A stretch of DNA of 64,000 bases from the NCBI GenBank assembly GCA_951406725.2, contig OX597841.1, forward strand, positions 4,030,001-4,094,000, read 5' to 3'. The position numbers and the translations under genes are program-made. Source of the stretch: Octopus vulgaris (taxonomy: Eukaryota). This document shows, in pieces, positions 25,199-41,707 of this stretch (within the stretch, counting starts at the first letter, position 1; each line of letters begins with the position of its first letter). The notes under the pieces are model-generated. The model saw only the letters and a program-made list of their open reading frames with translations. It made no database searches and had not been told where the DNA came from.

Positions 25199-26279
25199 AT
25201 GTATAGAAAGGGAGGGGAAGAGATTAACATAAAAAGAAGTAAAATATTTGGCATCACTCAAATGAAAAAAAAAGCGTTTATTTAGATAGAAAATATATAC
25301 AGAATCTCTATATTCTCCACCTAAATTAAATGTTTTTTGGGTTTTTCTTTTTTTGAGTGATGTCAACTATTTCATTTTTTTCATTTTTTTTTTTCATTTA
25401 TATTTTAATCTGTATCCACTCGCTCAAGGAGAAACCACTTCCAGTCGCTTTCGGTAGGCACTCTCAACACCACAGCTTTCAGTTGCAACTCAAGCCGGAG
25501 TTTTAGTGGTAAACCAGACTGTGCACTCATAGTACATACCTATTACATTACATCAATTGACGGAAACTCCTTGTATAGGATAGGATAGGATAGGATAGTA
25601 TAATGTGTGTATACACGTGTGTGTGTATGCATATGTGTTTGTATGTGTTTGTGTGCGTGTGTGTGTATACAGCCAAAGTAAGGATGGTGGTGTTGGTTGT
25701 GGTGGTGTTGGCAATGGAGTAAATGTTGGTAGTCGTGTAACATGTCAAAAGCAAACCACTTTTCGTAATCCTTTCATTTTACCATCGTCACATCCCTGTA
25801 AAATACACAGCCTTTACAACAACCACCGTAACTACATGATCACTACGCCACAAATTCCAGATTGCCTTAACTACCACCCCTAAACTCCCACATTTAGGGC
25901 AATCACTCACTGTCACACCCCAAATCCCATCATATACTGCATGTATGTACCGACTACAATCAACTTGCCTGTAATGTGGCAATGTGCAGAGAAGAGAAAG
26001 CGAGATAGTGAAAGTGAGAGAGTGTGGGACGTTGGGTCGCACATTCGCTGATTGTAAACTCCCTTTCTTCCTCCATCACCACCATGACCACCACCATTAA
26101 CTAACCAGTTCCAATCCCTATCAACGCCCCCTTCGCCGCACTCCACGTCACTACAATCCTACTACCCCCCAAGCATCATTCATTATCCCCATCTCCGCCA
26201 CTACCAACACATGTTCAACAAGGGAGCCGCTTTATGACCAGAAATAGTGGCTAAATCTCTCTTAAATTACACCTATCTG

Positions 26280-26871
26280 TTTCTTTACTACCCACAAGGG
26301 GCTAAACACAGAGGGGACAAACAAGGACAGACAAACGGATTAAGTCGATTATATCAACCCCAGTGCGTAACTGGTACTTAATTTATCGACCCCGAAAGGA
26401 TGAAAGGCAAAGTCGACCTCGGGCGAATTTTAACTCAGAACGTAGCGGCGGACGAAATACCTATTTCTTTACTACCCACAAGGGGCTAAACACAGAGGGG
26501 ACAAACAAGGACAGACAAACGGATTAAGTCGATTATATCGACCCCAGTGCGTAACTGGTACTTAATTTATCGACCCCGAAAGGATGAAAGGCAAAGTCGA
26601 CCTCGGGCGAATTTGAACTCAGAACGTGGCGGCGGACGAAATACCTATTTCTTTACTACCCACAAGGGGCTAAACACAGAGGGGACAAACAAGGACAGAC
26701 AAACGGATTAAGTCGATTATATCGACCCCAGGGCGCAACTGGTACTTAATCTATCGACCCCGAAAGGATGAAAAGCAAAGTCGACCTCGGGCGAATTTGA
26801 ACCCAGAACGTAACGGCAGACGAAATACGGTTACGCATTTCGCCCGGCGTGCTAACGGTTCTGCCAGCTCA
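26280..26871 (-). mobile_element. SINE family B, head plus 3 body units
   Basis: Three tandem ~187-bp units. Confidence 0.92.
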
Positions 26872-26984
26872 CTGCCTATCGTCTTACAAAAGAAATGTCG
26901 CATTGGATGAAGCTGTCCTAGTTAGCTGGAAAAAAGACAGAACAGCCATGGCTAGAATGTCTTTCGTCGTCTGTCGGTCTTTAA

Positions 26985-27198
26985 TCTTTTATTTGTTTCA
27001 GTCATTTGACTGTGGCCATGCTGGAGCACCGCCTTTAGTCGAGCAAATCGACCCCAGGACTTATTCTTTGTAAGCCTAGTATTTATTCTATCGGGCTCTT
27101 TTGCCGAACCGCTAAGTGACGGGGACGTAAACACACCAGCATCGGTTGTCAAGCGATGTTGGGGGGACAAACATAGACACATAGACATATATACACAC

Positions 27199-27229
<31 letters not shown>

Positions 27230-27390
27230 CATATATACGACAGGCCTCTTTCAGTTTCCGTCTACCAAATCCACTGACAAGGCTTTGGTCGACCCGAGGC
27301 TATAGTAGAAGACACTTGCCCAAGGTGCCACGCAGTGGGACTGAACTCGGAATCATGTGGTTGGTAAGCAAGCTACTTACCACACAGCCA
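26985..27390 (-). mobile_element. SINE family A
   Basis: Homology to family A. Confidence 0.9.
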
Positions 27391-27478
27391 GTCCCGTTTG
27401 AAGCTGACCATTATCAACACATACGACAAACGCAACCATCTTCACCGTCACCATCGCCACCATTATTAGAACTAGTAT

Positions 27479-28083
27479 CTATTTCTTTATTACCCACAAG
27501 GGGCTAAACACAGAGATGACAAACAAGGACAGACATAGGTATTAAGTCGATTACATCGACCCCAGTGCGTAACTGGTATTTTATTTATCGACCCCGAAAG
27601 GATGAAAGAAAAAGTCGACCTCGGCGGAATTTGAACTCAGAACGTAGCGGCAGAAGAAATACCTATTTCTTTATTACCCACAAGGGGCTAAGCACAGAGA
27701 GGACAAACAAGGACAGATAAACGGATTAAGTCGATTACATCGACCCCAGTGCGTAACTGGTACTTTATTTATCGACAACGAAAGGATGAAAGGCAAAGTC
27801 GACCTCGGCGGAATTTGAACTCAGAACGTAGCAGCAGAAGAAATACCTATTTCTTTATTACCCCACAAGGGGCTAAGCACAGAGAGGACAAACAAGGACA
27901 GACATAGGTATTAAGTCGATTACATCGACCCCAGTGCGTAACTGGTACTTAATTTATCGACCCCGAAAGGATGAAAGGCAAAGTCGACCTCGGCGGAATT
28001 TGAACTCACAACGTAACGGCAGACGATATATACTGCTAAGCATTTCGCCCGACGTGCTAACGTTTCTGCCAGCTCGCCGCCTT
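27479..28083 (-). mobile_element. SINE family B, head plus 3 body units
   Basis: Three tandem units. Confidence 0.92.
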
Positions 28084-28626
28084 TAGAACAAAGTATCACC
28101 ACCAACACTTCTTGCGCCGCCACCATAAACACCACTATCACCGCTGCCATCATCGCCACTGCCATCATCACCACTTTCCCCCCAAAAAATATTACCATCG
28201 ACGCCATTGCCATCAGCAGTGTCACAAACATCACCAACGCCGTCAGAATCATAATTCGATTCATAAAAACCGGCCAACTCCAAAAGCACCACCGAAGCAA
28301 CTCCTCATCCATCAAATGTAATCCCCATTCCACGCACACTCCCCATCATCCCTAGAACTGACACTCTCACATCGCCCTTTCCGCCTCCTATCGCCAATCT
28401 CCGTTCATCTCTGAATGTTTATGGCGAAACAAAAGTCCCGACAAATTGAATGGTATTTCATGAGATAGATGGACGAAGTGATAACAGCACGGCGAAATGC
28501 AGCATCTTAAGGGGGTGATTCAGCTCGCAAGAAATAGCAGCTAAATGTTTCTCTCTCACTCTATTTCTCTCTCTTTTTCTCCCCATCTCTCTCACTGTTT
28601 ATGTACTGTTCCCTTATCGATGGGAT

Positions 28627-29117
<491 letters not shown>

Positions 29118-30268
29118 TAAATTTAGGGTAAAAATTGATATTTATCAATTAGAACCAGTGGTCTAGCATATTAAAGAAAGAATCCGAAGATTAAAATATT
29201 TATATATACCAATTAAGGACTGAACACGAAAAATGGACAGTCAACATGCTTCGGATTCTTTCTTTAATATGCTAGACCACTGGTTCTAATTGATAAATAT
29301 CAATTTTTACCCTAAATTTAATTTTATATAAATATTTGTTCTCTAACCGATAAATTAACTGCTGCTAACTATTAGCTGCAGGCTAGTTTTCTCGGGTCTC
29401 ATCGCGCCAAAAGTAAAGACATTTGAAATATATATTTCAAGTGTAATAGGCCGTACTCAATGCACGCGATATTTCGGTATCGTGTTGGCATTTAGTATAA
29501 CAGGAATGTTCTCATATATATATATATATATATATATGAGAACATTTTGTAAGCAAAATTAGACGGGCCGAGTGAGTTGGTGTTATACAGGAAATAAAGG
29601 AAATCTCGAACGCAGGATGGTTGTTTTCAAAGTTAAGAAAATCAGGTCAATACCCTTTAGAAGATGGGGCGAACCCTGTACCTCTCAAATTCCGGCTGAC
29701 CATTCTGTACCATCAAGCTAAGAGATCGCTGACAAACGAACACAACCGTTTTATAACGTTAAATAATAGCTTTTGGAATATGAGAACATTTTGTAAACAA
29801 AGTTAGAAGCACAGAATAGGTCGGTATGTCACAGAAGATATAGGAAAACAGCTTAGAAAATCGGGCAAATACTCTTTTCAAAAGGTGGAGAAAAAGTGAC
29901 CAGCAAGCCTCTACAGAGAATCGAACCCGTCATAGAGATAGTGAGAGACAAAGAACTGGTAGCACACAAACTCTTGACAGCTAAGATAAATTATTGGACC
30001 ACTTCAGCGAAGGAGTAAAAGACCAGCCAGGCAGTGATAAAAGCCACGTATAGAATATATATATATATATATATATATAGGGAGAGTTTACGGAAAAAAC
30101 AAAAGGTGGTGTACAAAATAAACAGATGTATTAGTATAACGCTTAGGAATAGAAAAAGTCTTTTACGTTTCGAGCCCACGCTCTTTTACAGAAAGGGACA
30201 CAGAAAAAACAAGGAGAGAAATAAGGAGAGAAAAAAATGTCTGTAGTGGCTAACGATCTATCATGGCG

Positions 30269-30309
<41 letters not shown>

Positions 30310-30379
30310 ATTTTGTGTGTGGTTATTAATTATGCTCCTCAAGTTTCCACTTGCATTGCCTCCATTCAGATTATTAAAC

Positions 30380-30442
<63 letters not shown>

Positions 30443-30634
30443 GTGTGTGTGTGTGTGTGACTTAGATGTGATAGGAGTCAATGAAATGGGAGTGGAGCTG
30501 TGGTTGAGTGTGAGGATAGGATGTTACGGACCGAATGCTGGAAGTGATGTAGGTCACGGTTAGAACGAACATGATTCCGGCTATAATTAGATATATTTAA
30601 TTACATGATTGCTCGCGGCGATGTAGAGATGATG

Positions 30635-31267
30635 ACGGCGGCGGTGGCGGTGTTGGTGGCGGTGGTGGTGGTGGTGGTTGTGGTGATGGTTGTGGTCGTT
30701 GTGGTGATGGTGGTGGTGGCGGTGGTGGTGGTGGTTGTGGTGGTGGTGGTGGCGGTGGTGGTGGTGGTTGTGGTGGTGGTGGTGGCGGTGGTGGTGGTGG
30801 TTGTGGTGGTGGTGGTAGTTGCGGTGGTGGTGGTGGTTGTGGTGATGGTGGTAGTTGTGGTGGTGGTGGTGGTTGTGGTGGTGGTGGTGGTAGTTGTGGT
30901 GGTGGTGGTGGCGGTGGTGGTGGTGGTTGTGGTGGTGGTGGTGGCGGTGGTGGTGGTGGTTGTGGTGGTGGTGGTGGCGGTGGTGGTGGTGGTTGTGGTG
31001 ATGGTGGTAGTTGTGGTGGTGGTGGTGGTTGTGGTGGTGGTGGTGGTAGTTGTGGTGGTGGTGGTGGCGGTGGTAGTTGTGGTGGTGGTGGTGGTGGTGG
31101 TGGTGGTGGTTGTGGTGGTGGTGGTGGCGGTGGTGGTGGTGGTTGTGGTGGTGGTTGTGGTGGTGGTGTGTATGTGTATGTGTGCGCGCGTGTGTGTGTG
31201 TGAAGGCTTCGAATGTCCCGTCCGTGTTTTTTGTATCGTCTTCTAAATGTGTGTGTGCGTGTGTGCA

Positions 31268-31311
<44 letters not shown>

Positions 31312-31500
31312 TGTGTGTGCGCGTGTGTGTGTGTGCGCGTGTGTGTCTGTGTGTGTGTGTGTGCGTGTGTGTGCGTGTGTATGTGTGTGTGTGCGTGTAT
31401 GTGTGCGTGTGTGTGTCTCTGTGTGTGTGTGTGTCTCTGTGTGTGTGTGTGTGTGCGTGTTTATTTGTGTGTGTGTGTATGTGTGTGCGTGTGTGCGTTC
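30635..31500. repeat. (GGT)n then (TG)n microsatellites
   Basis: Visible in the sequence. Confidence 0.95.
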
Positions 31501-32010
31501 ACATGCATGCATATGTGCGCGTCTGGACACGCGCCTGTGCTTATGTGTGTATATATATATGTTATGCATGCATGTGTCTGTCCCGGGGTGTTTAAGCATA
31601 TTCGTGCAGCGTGTCGGTGTCTATACATCTTCTGTGCGCATGTCTGTGTGCATGAGTGCATCTGTCTGGGTGAGTCTGAGTCTATGTTTGTGTTGCATTT
31701 CCTGTCCTGCTGGACATAGGATCGAAAAGTTGTCCTCCTAAGCACACACACGCGCGCATAACCATATACATATATGCACGCACGCACGCACGCAAGCATA
31801 CACGCACACACACACACACATATGTATGTATATGCATATATATGTGTGCGTATATGTATGTGTGTATGTATATATATACACACACATATCTATGTATATA
31901 TAGGCGCAGGAGTGGCACCTTGGGCAAGTGTCTTCTACTATAGCCTCGGGCCTACCAAATCCATGTGAGTAGATTTGGTAGACGGAAACTGAAAGAAGCC
32001 CGTCATACAT

Positions 32011-32083
<73 letters not shown>

Positions 32084-32375
32084 CATATATACATATATAC
32101 GAGGGCCCTGTTAAAGATTTTTCTATCCGCTGATATTTAGAGATTTTTTAAAATTATGCCTGCAATAAAGCTTCTAATTACAGCTGGGTTCGGGGTTTTG
32201 TGGCCATACTCAATTTCCTCGTAGGGCTTTCACAAAGGATAGTACTGTCCGTTTTTTAGGCCTAGAATTATGTCCAGGAAATCGATCCTTGTCATACTGG
32301 TGGTGACATTATCGACAGGCCGAATCCTCTGAAGATCTTTATTAGATCCTCCTGGAACTTGCCCATGTCGTGGCT

Positions 32376-32431
<56 letters not shown>

Positions 32432-32701
32432 GAGTGTATTTTACCTTGTTAACAATTAACACGGATAAATGAATGAATAGTTACCAGGGCAGCAAAAATC
32501 TCACAAGTAAAGATGTTGTAACTCCTTGTTTATAAAGGTTGAAACTTCGTGTTTACGTTGAATATTTGAATAATATGAATAAAAAATGGAGTTAACGCAG
32601 GTTTAAACGTTTTTTTAAACAATATTAATAGCGTTCTGTCTATCGCTATACGAATCCATCATTCTTTGCTAAAATGTCGTATTGACAAGTTTCGTTTTTT
32701 C

Positions 32702-32788
32702 ACTTTCCCGAAGAGAAGATTGCATTGTTTATACCTTTTATTCTTTTGAATAAGTATCAGTGGAATTTTTGAAACATATGTAGAAAGT
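32702..32788 (+). ncRNA. Type I hammerhead motif, U4C core, long stem II
   Basis: ACTTTC CCGAAGA GAAGATT...AATTTTT GAAA CATATG TA GAAAGT. Confidence 0.72.
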
Positions 32789-32827
32789 AAAAATACTTGT
32801 TTAAACCCGCGTTAACTCCATTTTTTA

Positions 32828-32926
<99 letters not shown>

Positions 32927-32933
32927 ATATAAA

Positions 32934-32988
<55 letters not shown>

Positions 32989-33385
32989 ACTAAAAATAAG
33001 GGTGTCTGAGAGACACCACTATGCCGAAATAGCAGTCAAATCCCTGACTCTAAGAACCACCCCTTAAATGTTCATATCGCACCATTCAACTGAAGAAGGC
33101 ATGGCTTATTAGAAGCAAAGCTAGAAATTCAGGATCTTGAATTATTCAGTAATATCTTTTTGCTAGAATATTTTGTCCCTCTGTCTTATCTCATGGTGCA
33201 ATATGAATATTTAAGGTGGTTCTTAGAGTCAGGGATTTGACTGCTATTTCGGCATGGTAGTGTCTCTCAGACACCCTTATTTTTAGTTGAAAAAAATTAT
33301 TACCTTTGTATGGTTTTTATTCCCATGCTGGCCACTTGATAATACCGATATTTAAATATCGATATTATCCTTATTTATAAATTTA

Positions 33386-33603
<218 letters not shown>

Positions 33604-33961
33604 TATATATATATATATATATATAATTTAATTTAATACATTTAATACATTTAATTCATTAATAGCGAAACAATTGTCCCAAAATAATCTGTATTTTTGT
33701 TATTTTTTATTTGCCCTGTCCGTGTGAGCTAACAGTCGTACTGGCTTTCATGGGAAACATGTATTTTTCGTGGTTGAAACCTTTTGGATTAACTGGTGCT
33801 AGGGTGATCAATATAGTGACCACTCTCTTATATTTATTTTGTGAAAATATTATAATATGTTATAAAATATTATAATAATCCAGGTTTCTCGTAGCACTAG
33901 GCCACTTGGTGTGGAATAAATATACTATTAAATTAGTATCTAATTCTCTCACCCTTATTAA

Positions 33962-34032
<71 letters not shown>

Positions 34033-34036
<4 letters not shown>

Positions 34037-34230
34037 TAATCCAAACAAGAAAGCCCAAAAAACACAACGACGCGAGGACGTGGAACAAATATAGTAATAT
34101 TGGACGCTCAGGAAAGAAGGAAAGAAGGAGGTTTTAACGTTTCGAGCGGAGCTCTTCGTCGGAAACATAGATCCAGAGAAGGGAAGATAGAGGAAAAAAA
34201 ATCGCCAACGGTACACACGAGGTCACACAT
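34033..34230 (-). mobile_element. TA-flanked hammerhead-bearing repeat (copy at 39772-39978; fragments ~7490-7563 and ~19425-19520); HHR at 34132-34166 and 39873-39907
   Basis: Minus strand reads GTTT CCGACGA A GAGC-TCC-GCTC GAAA CG TT AA(A/G). Confidence 0.7.
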
Positions 34231-34234
34231 ACAC

Positions 34235-34316
<82 letters not shown>

Positions 34317-34885
34317 GTGTGTGTCTGTGTGTGTGTGTGTGTGTAAGTGTGTTTGTCTGTGTTTCTGTGTGTCTGTGTGTGTCTGTGTCTGTGTTTCTGG
34401 GTGTGTATAAGTGCGTGTGAGTGTGTGAAAATTTCTCAAATAGTGACACTGAGCGTCAGTTAAGTTTGAGATAGAAATGGAAAGTAAAAAAAACGAGTGG
34501 AGTAAGGCGGAGAATCAGGGACATCGGAAAAGCGAAGTAGGGAGCTAGAAAGATTGCAAAAGAAAAATAAAGGGAAAAAAATTATGACAGGTGGGAGAAG
34601 AAATAAATTCTTATGAAATATTGAGTTTTGTAGGAAGAGAAAGACAGCCTTCTTTTAACTCTCCTCCCATCACTTACGAAAGACCTGTCAGTCGAGGAAG
34701 CAGAATTGATTCATAAACAGAGGCCATAACCCCCTAAAACCAAAGCGAAATCGTTCCCAGAAAACTATATGTCAAATATAATAGCATTAGCGAACAACAA
34801 TAACTACAACAACGACAAAAACAAGAGCAATAGTAATGGGATTGCTTCAAAAATCATTGTTGATGATTATGGGATGGTTGGTCGT

Positions 34886-35012
34886 TATGTATGTGTCGGA
34901 TACATGTATGTGTCGGATACATGTATGTGTCGGATACATGTATGTGTCGGATACATGTATGTGTCGGATACATGTATGTGTCGGATACATGTATGTGTCG
35001 GATACACGTATG
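34886..35012. repeat. 17-bp minisatellite (atgtgtcggatacatgt), ~7 copies
   Basis: Visible in the sequence. Confidence 0.92.
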
Positions 35013-35410
35013 TGCTGGAAGTACGAATGTATGCACGAATATATACACGAATCTTCACTTCGGGTCAGTTTTGTGTAGGATGCTCAAGAACTGGAAGTCC
35101 CAAAATTTACTTATGCTCCAAATCGTAAAACGAAAAGCATGGTATATCCTAGGGTTTTCATGCCAATGTTTAGAATTGTAGAGGCTATGATAACTACAGA
35201 TCTAATGCCTTATAAGTTGAGGGTCATAACTCTTAACATAATTTCTTTACCAAGCATGCATTTCACTCCAAATATTGTGTGAGTCTCCACAGAGTTATCT
35301 GGTTTCCAAACTTTAGAAAAACGACTTAATTTCTATGAGTGGTTTATTTCTTGACACTCCGATTTCTAATCATTATCCAAATTATTTTAGGAATTAAAGA
35401 ACGCAAGTGA

Positions 35411-36510
<1,100 letters not shown>

Positions 36511-37272
36511 AGCATTAGTTTATAGCGTGGTGGTGGTGGTGGTGGTACTGATGGGGGCGAGAGATGAGAAATTGAGGAAATGGCAGACGAGGCGGGTAGA
36601 GAGGCAGAGAAAGGAAAAAAGTAAAAGTGACATTGATTTAGACAAGTTAGTTCATCGTGTAGTGGTGAATGAAGCAAGAGTGAGGTGAGAAAGGAGGGCG
36701 AGAAGACGAGAAGGAAGGGAATGAAGAAGGTGGCGGAAGTTGTAACGGAGAAAATTTACACAACTTCCGATAACCCCTAACCACCATTTTGTAACCATAA
36801 CCGAGGCGGCTCATCTCATTAACATCTTTTAAACTTGGCAACTTCTCTTACGTTTTGATAGTCATTATTTCTAATAAAGTAGCCACCAGGCGGCTCTTCG
36901 CCACCAGGCAGCTCTTCGCCACCAGGAGGCTCTTCCCCCACCGGATATTGAATAAATGAGCGTCAATTATCCACAGCGCCGTCAATTCCGTTTCACAGGA
37001 TTTCTGTATCATTAGGGCTGCGTGGAATAATATAGTCTCTCGTTGTAATCGATAGTAATAAATGGTTTTAAGATATTTGGAAATGTTTATTCTCTCAATG
37101 TATCTGAAATTACATCTTTTTTTTTGTGTGTGTGTGTGTGTAGATTGTTATCGCTTTATTTATCTATATTTCTTGTTAATATTCTGTTTGTCTGGTAGTT
37201 TATCTTTGCATCATCTTCTCTTTCTCCGTTTCTGGCCGGCTCTCTTTCTCGTCACACACACACACACACACG

Positions 37273-37355
<83 letters not shown>

Positions 37356-37369
37356 CACACACACACGCA

Positions 37370-37646
37370 TAGTGTGATTTTACCTACCTAGCTGTCTCAA
37401 TATCACACACACTCACACACACACACATACATACACACACACACGTATGTGTGTTTACCTACCTACCTGTCTCAATATCACTCACACACACACACACTCA
37501 CACACAAACAAACAAACACACACATACGCGTGATTTTACCTACCTAGTTGTCTCAGTATCAGTCACACACACACGCACACACTCACATACACACACACAC
37601 GTATGTGTGTTTACCTACCTACCTGTCTCAATATCACACACACACT

Positions 37647-37677
<31 letters not shown>

Positions 37678-37800
37678 ACGTATGTGTGTTTACCTACCTA
37701 GCTGTCTCAATATCACACACACACACTCACACACAAACACACACACACAAACAGACACACATACGTGTGATTTTACCTACCTAACTGTTTCAATATCAGC
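37370..37800. repeat. Compound minisatellite: ttacctaccta(g/c)ctgtctcaatatca core alternating with (CA)n, ~6 copies
   Basis: Visible in the sequence. Confidence 0.85.
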
Positions 37801-38754
37801 CCGTCTGTATGTTTGCTTGTGTGGCTGTCTGTCTGATCCCTTCACAGCCGTAACTATAAACCCTTGAGATATAGAAGTTTGATTCTTTGATCTTAGCCAA
37901 AAGCGAATACAGAGTCATCCTCACATCACTTTGCATCGTCTGAGTTCACGTTCAAACACTTTGAGGTATAATAAAGTGTATATCAAATATTGGTTTCAAA
38001 TTTTCGCTCAATTTCGTGTGAGCGGTAAGTGGATTACATTGATCTCAGTACTTACTAGCACTAATTTCATTGATCCTCAAAGGTAAAGTGGGCCGCAGTG
38101 GAATTTGAGCTCAGAACGATTAGACGGTCGAAACGCAGCTAAACATTTTAAAGTCGAAAGAAATCAATTATGAATTAAAGTGGGAGATAATATGTAAATC
38201 GAAATCTTATAGAATTGGAAATAGGTCATGTCTATTATGTACCCATGAATTCATGGAGATATTATGGACTAATAATGCTCAGGAGGAAAGAAAAATTAAA
38301 TGTAAACACAGTCTGAAATGCCTAATTAATAACGTCTAACCCTAAATTTTAGCGTAAGTATTATTAATAGTAATACTATTATTATTTAATATGAACGTAC
38401 TAGGTTAAATTAACTTACCATTAGACGTGGGGAGGAATAGAAGTGCGGTGTGAGTGATTAACGGGTGGAATGATACGGAATGATACGAAATAAAAAAGTA
38501 ATGTTCCCATGATGCATTTTTGTATGTTTGTGGTCCATGTTTGCCATTAAGTAATAGTTTGAAAGCAGCAGGAAGGAGGTGTGTGTGTAGTTCGCTGGAC
38601 CTTGCGATGTCAAACCGTAATTAAGATGTAAGTAGGACAATGGAGCCAACGGTAACTTGTATATTATATATTCCTTTACGTTGAAGTTGAACGCAAGTCT
38701 TATTCAAGTAGATTCTCTTTCTTTCCTGATGAGAAAATTACATTATTTTACACC

Positions 38755-38816
<62 letters not shown>

Positions 38817-39356
38817 CAATATAAGGGTAGCAAAAAATAATTCAATAGAAGTTTTTTTCGCCACCAGCGGTCCAAAACTCAAACCGCTAAATAGTAGTAA
38901 TTCAGAAATCAAAGGAAAATTAAAAACATTTACCCTAATCATCCTTGGACAATGCATTGTTTCGACGTACTTTTTGGCAAATTGTTGGAAAAAAATATAT
39001 ATATATACAAGATAAGAAAATGGAGAAATACATCTAAATCAAATATCAATTACACGATAATACTCAATCACATACTTTATTAAACCACCACATAAGAGAC
39101 TGTAGGGTTTAATAAAGTATGTGATTGAGTATTATCTGGTAATTGATATTTGATTTAGATGTATTTCTCCATTTTCTTATCTTGTATTAGTAATTTGTGG
39201 TAAATCATTTTACCTTTGCCCATATAATACAGTAAATGAATTGATTGCATCGCAATCATTAACATTTATGTATTAACTTTGTTGGGTACTTCACTAGCAG
39301 TATATTGGATATACGTTATCCCATAGAGGGTTGCATTTACAACCCCTATCTCAATT

Positions 39357-39394
<38 letters not shown>

Positions 39395-39975
39395 TTATAA
39401 ATATAACTTATAAATAAGGGCAAACGAAAAAATTTCTAATGCCAAATATGCCGAAAATTGGACATATAATTTTTTCTCAGTACGCACGCTACTCGAAAAA
39501 GGGCCGACAGAAGTTTCTAAAAAATTCCATTCATTTTAGAAATTTCTGTCGGCCTTTTGTCGAGTAGCGAGCGTACTGAGAAAAAATTATATGGTAAATG
39601 GACAGTTTGTCCAATTTTCGGCATATTTGGCATTAGAAATATTTTCGTTTGCCCTTATTTATAAGTTGTTTATAATTTAACCTTTAAAGGTATTTTTTAA
39701 TATGCAGGCCATTGATAAAATTTTTTTCTAAAAAATTTTATCCTACATTATATATATATATATATATATATAGTTAATCCAAACAAGAAAACACAAAAAA
39801 AAACACAGCAACGCGAGGACGTGGAACAAATATAGTATTATTGGACGCTCAGGAAAGAAGGGAAGAAGGAGGGCTTAACGTTTCGAGCGGAGCTCTTCGT
39901 CGGAAACATAGGCGAAGGAAAGATCCCGAGAAGGGAAGACAGAGGAAAAAAAATCGCTCGCGGTACTCACTAGGT

Positions 39976-40016
<41 letters not shown>

Positions 40017-40420
40017 GTGCAATCCGAATCCAATTTATTCTATAAAAGAAATGTGTTTTAGGGTCTAAAAACTGAGAAACGACAGTAGGAAGCAAGAAGA
40101 CTTGAATAACAGCCTTCATCAGGAAGACTTCGTTTAACTTTCTGGATAACGGCCTTTCTTCAATAAGGAGTCGTTTAGCGTTTTGGAAACGTTTCATCAA
40201 AAAAGAAAACAAAAAAAAAAAAAAAACGAGATAAAGAGTTGGTTTATGTTTCTCAGCAATTTTAGACCATGAAGAAATAGTATCTGAAGTAACTTTTCAG
40301 ACAGACAGAACTAATAGCACTGATTAATTTTCTCGGCAGAAAAAATTTAGCCCAGCTCAGGGCGATTGAGCTGATAGATACACGGTTTTGAGCATATGTA
40401 TGTACATATGTAAAGTATAA

Positions 40421-40660
40421 TAGCTATCTCAATATGGCTAACCACAAAGGGGGTGGGTGGGTGTTACTGTAGCTTTTTAGCCCCAGGAGATCATCGTCTC
40501 CAGCTGGCTTTAGACACAATTTCTGTGCCCTTATGGTATTTGCAAAGGGAGGCCATCCCTTTCTCGTAAGCCTGAGTGATACGCACCGGACCGCGGTTTC
40601 GAGGTTATTGCCTCTTATCAACCGGCGGTAATCACCGGATCACGATGAAAGACAAGGCTT
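40421..40660 (-). mobile_element. Solo diverged homologue of the 360-bp array unit, with U3-A8 hammerhead (~40584-40626)
   Basis: Shares aatatggcta, gggtgttactgt, tttagccccagg, gtgccctta and tgcaaagggagg in the same order. Minus strand reads GCCG-G TTGATAA GAGG-CAATAA-CCTC GAAA CCGCGG TC CGGT. Confidence 0.82.
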
Positions 40661-40676
40661 GCTTTGCAAATATATA

Positions 40677-40898
40677 CTCTTTTACTCTTTTACTTGTTTC
40701 AGTCATTTGACTGCGGCCATGCTGGAGCACCGCCTTTAGTCGACCAAATCGACCCCCGGGTCTTATTCTTTGTAAGCCCAGTACTTATTCTATCGGTCTC
40801 TTTTGCCGAACCGCTAAGTGACGGGGACGTAAACACACCAGCATCGGTTGTCAAGCAATGCTAGGGGGACAAACACAGATACGCAAACACACACACAC

Positions 40899-40987
<89 letters not shown>

Positions 40988-41160
40988 CACATATATACGA
41001 GAGGCTTCTTTCAGTTTCCATCTACCAAATCCACTCACAAGGCATTGGTCGGCCCGGGGCTATAGCAGAAGACACTTGCTCAAGGTGCCACGCAGTGGGA
41101 CTGAGCCCGGAACCATGTGGTTCGTAAGCAAGCTACTTACCACACAGCCACTCCTGCGCC
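40677..41160 (-). mobile_element. SINE family A, full length
   Basis: Homology to family A. Confidence 0.92.
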
Positions 41161-41484
41161 TATATAAGAGTTTTTCTAGTGACTTCTGCCACTGATTTCG
41201 AAAAACTGACTGCAAGCATTATTAAATCTCTTTGGTTAAGCATATAAATTACCATGAACAATTTTCAAGTTGACACAGTTGGGGTAAAATCAAGAAAGGA
41301 GGCTAGATATACGGATATAATAATGTGATTTTAACACGTAATTTGTTATTTTATGTGACCGGTTATTGAAAAAAACCGTTAGTTGAAAGAACCAATGGAA
41401 CAAAAACCATTTTCAAATGTATCTATCAAATGTATCAATCAAATTGTATTTCTGCATATAACTTTATCTTACTCCATTCTAAAC

Positions 41485-41530
41485 AAAACTGACTGACGAA
41501 CGGGAACGTGAAACTCCGAGTAACAGTTTT
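41485..41530 (+). ncRNA. Minimal hammerhead motif, canonical core (same family as 16600 and 16818)
   Basis: AAAACTGA CTGACGA ACG-GGAA-CGT GAAA CTC-C-GAG TA ACAGTTTT, with an A-A mismatch at the first pair of stem I. Confidence 0.72.
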
Positions 41531-41625
41531 TGTGATATTTTTGCTGATTTTTAATAGAGCATATTACTCTGCCTCATGTATTCGAGTACTACTTTTTCTA
41601 CCTTGTTTCGCATTGATGTGCTTAC

Positions 41626-41703
<78 letters not shown>

Positions 41704-41707
<4 letters not shown>

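Noticed and set aside
30597-31268. Poly-Pro/poly-Val ORFs (also poly-Leu at 14.2 kb, poly-Thr at 60.6 kb and all YI/CV/HT ORFs)
   Set aside because: Simple-sequence repeat translations.
38943-38970. GAAA CAATGCATTG TC half-hammerhead (minus strand)
   Set aside because: The 5' core is missing, so it was not counted as a motif.
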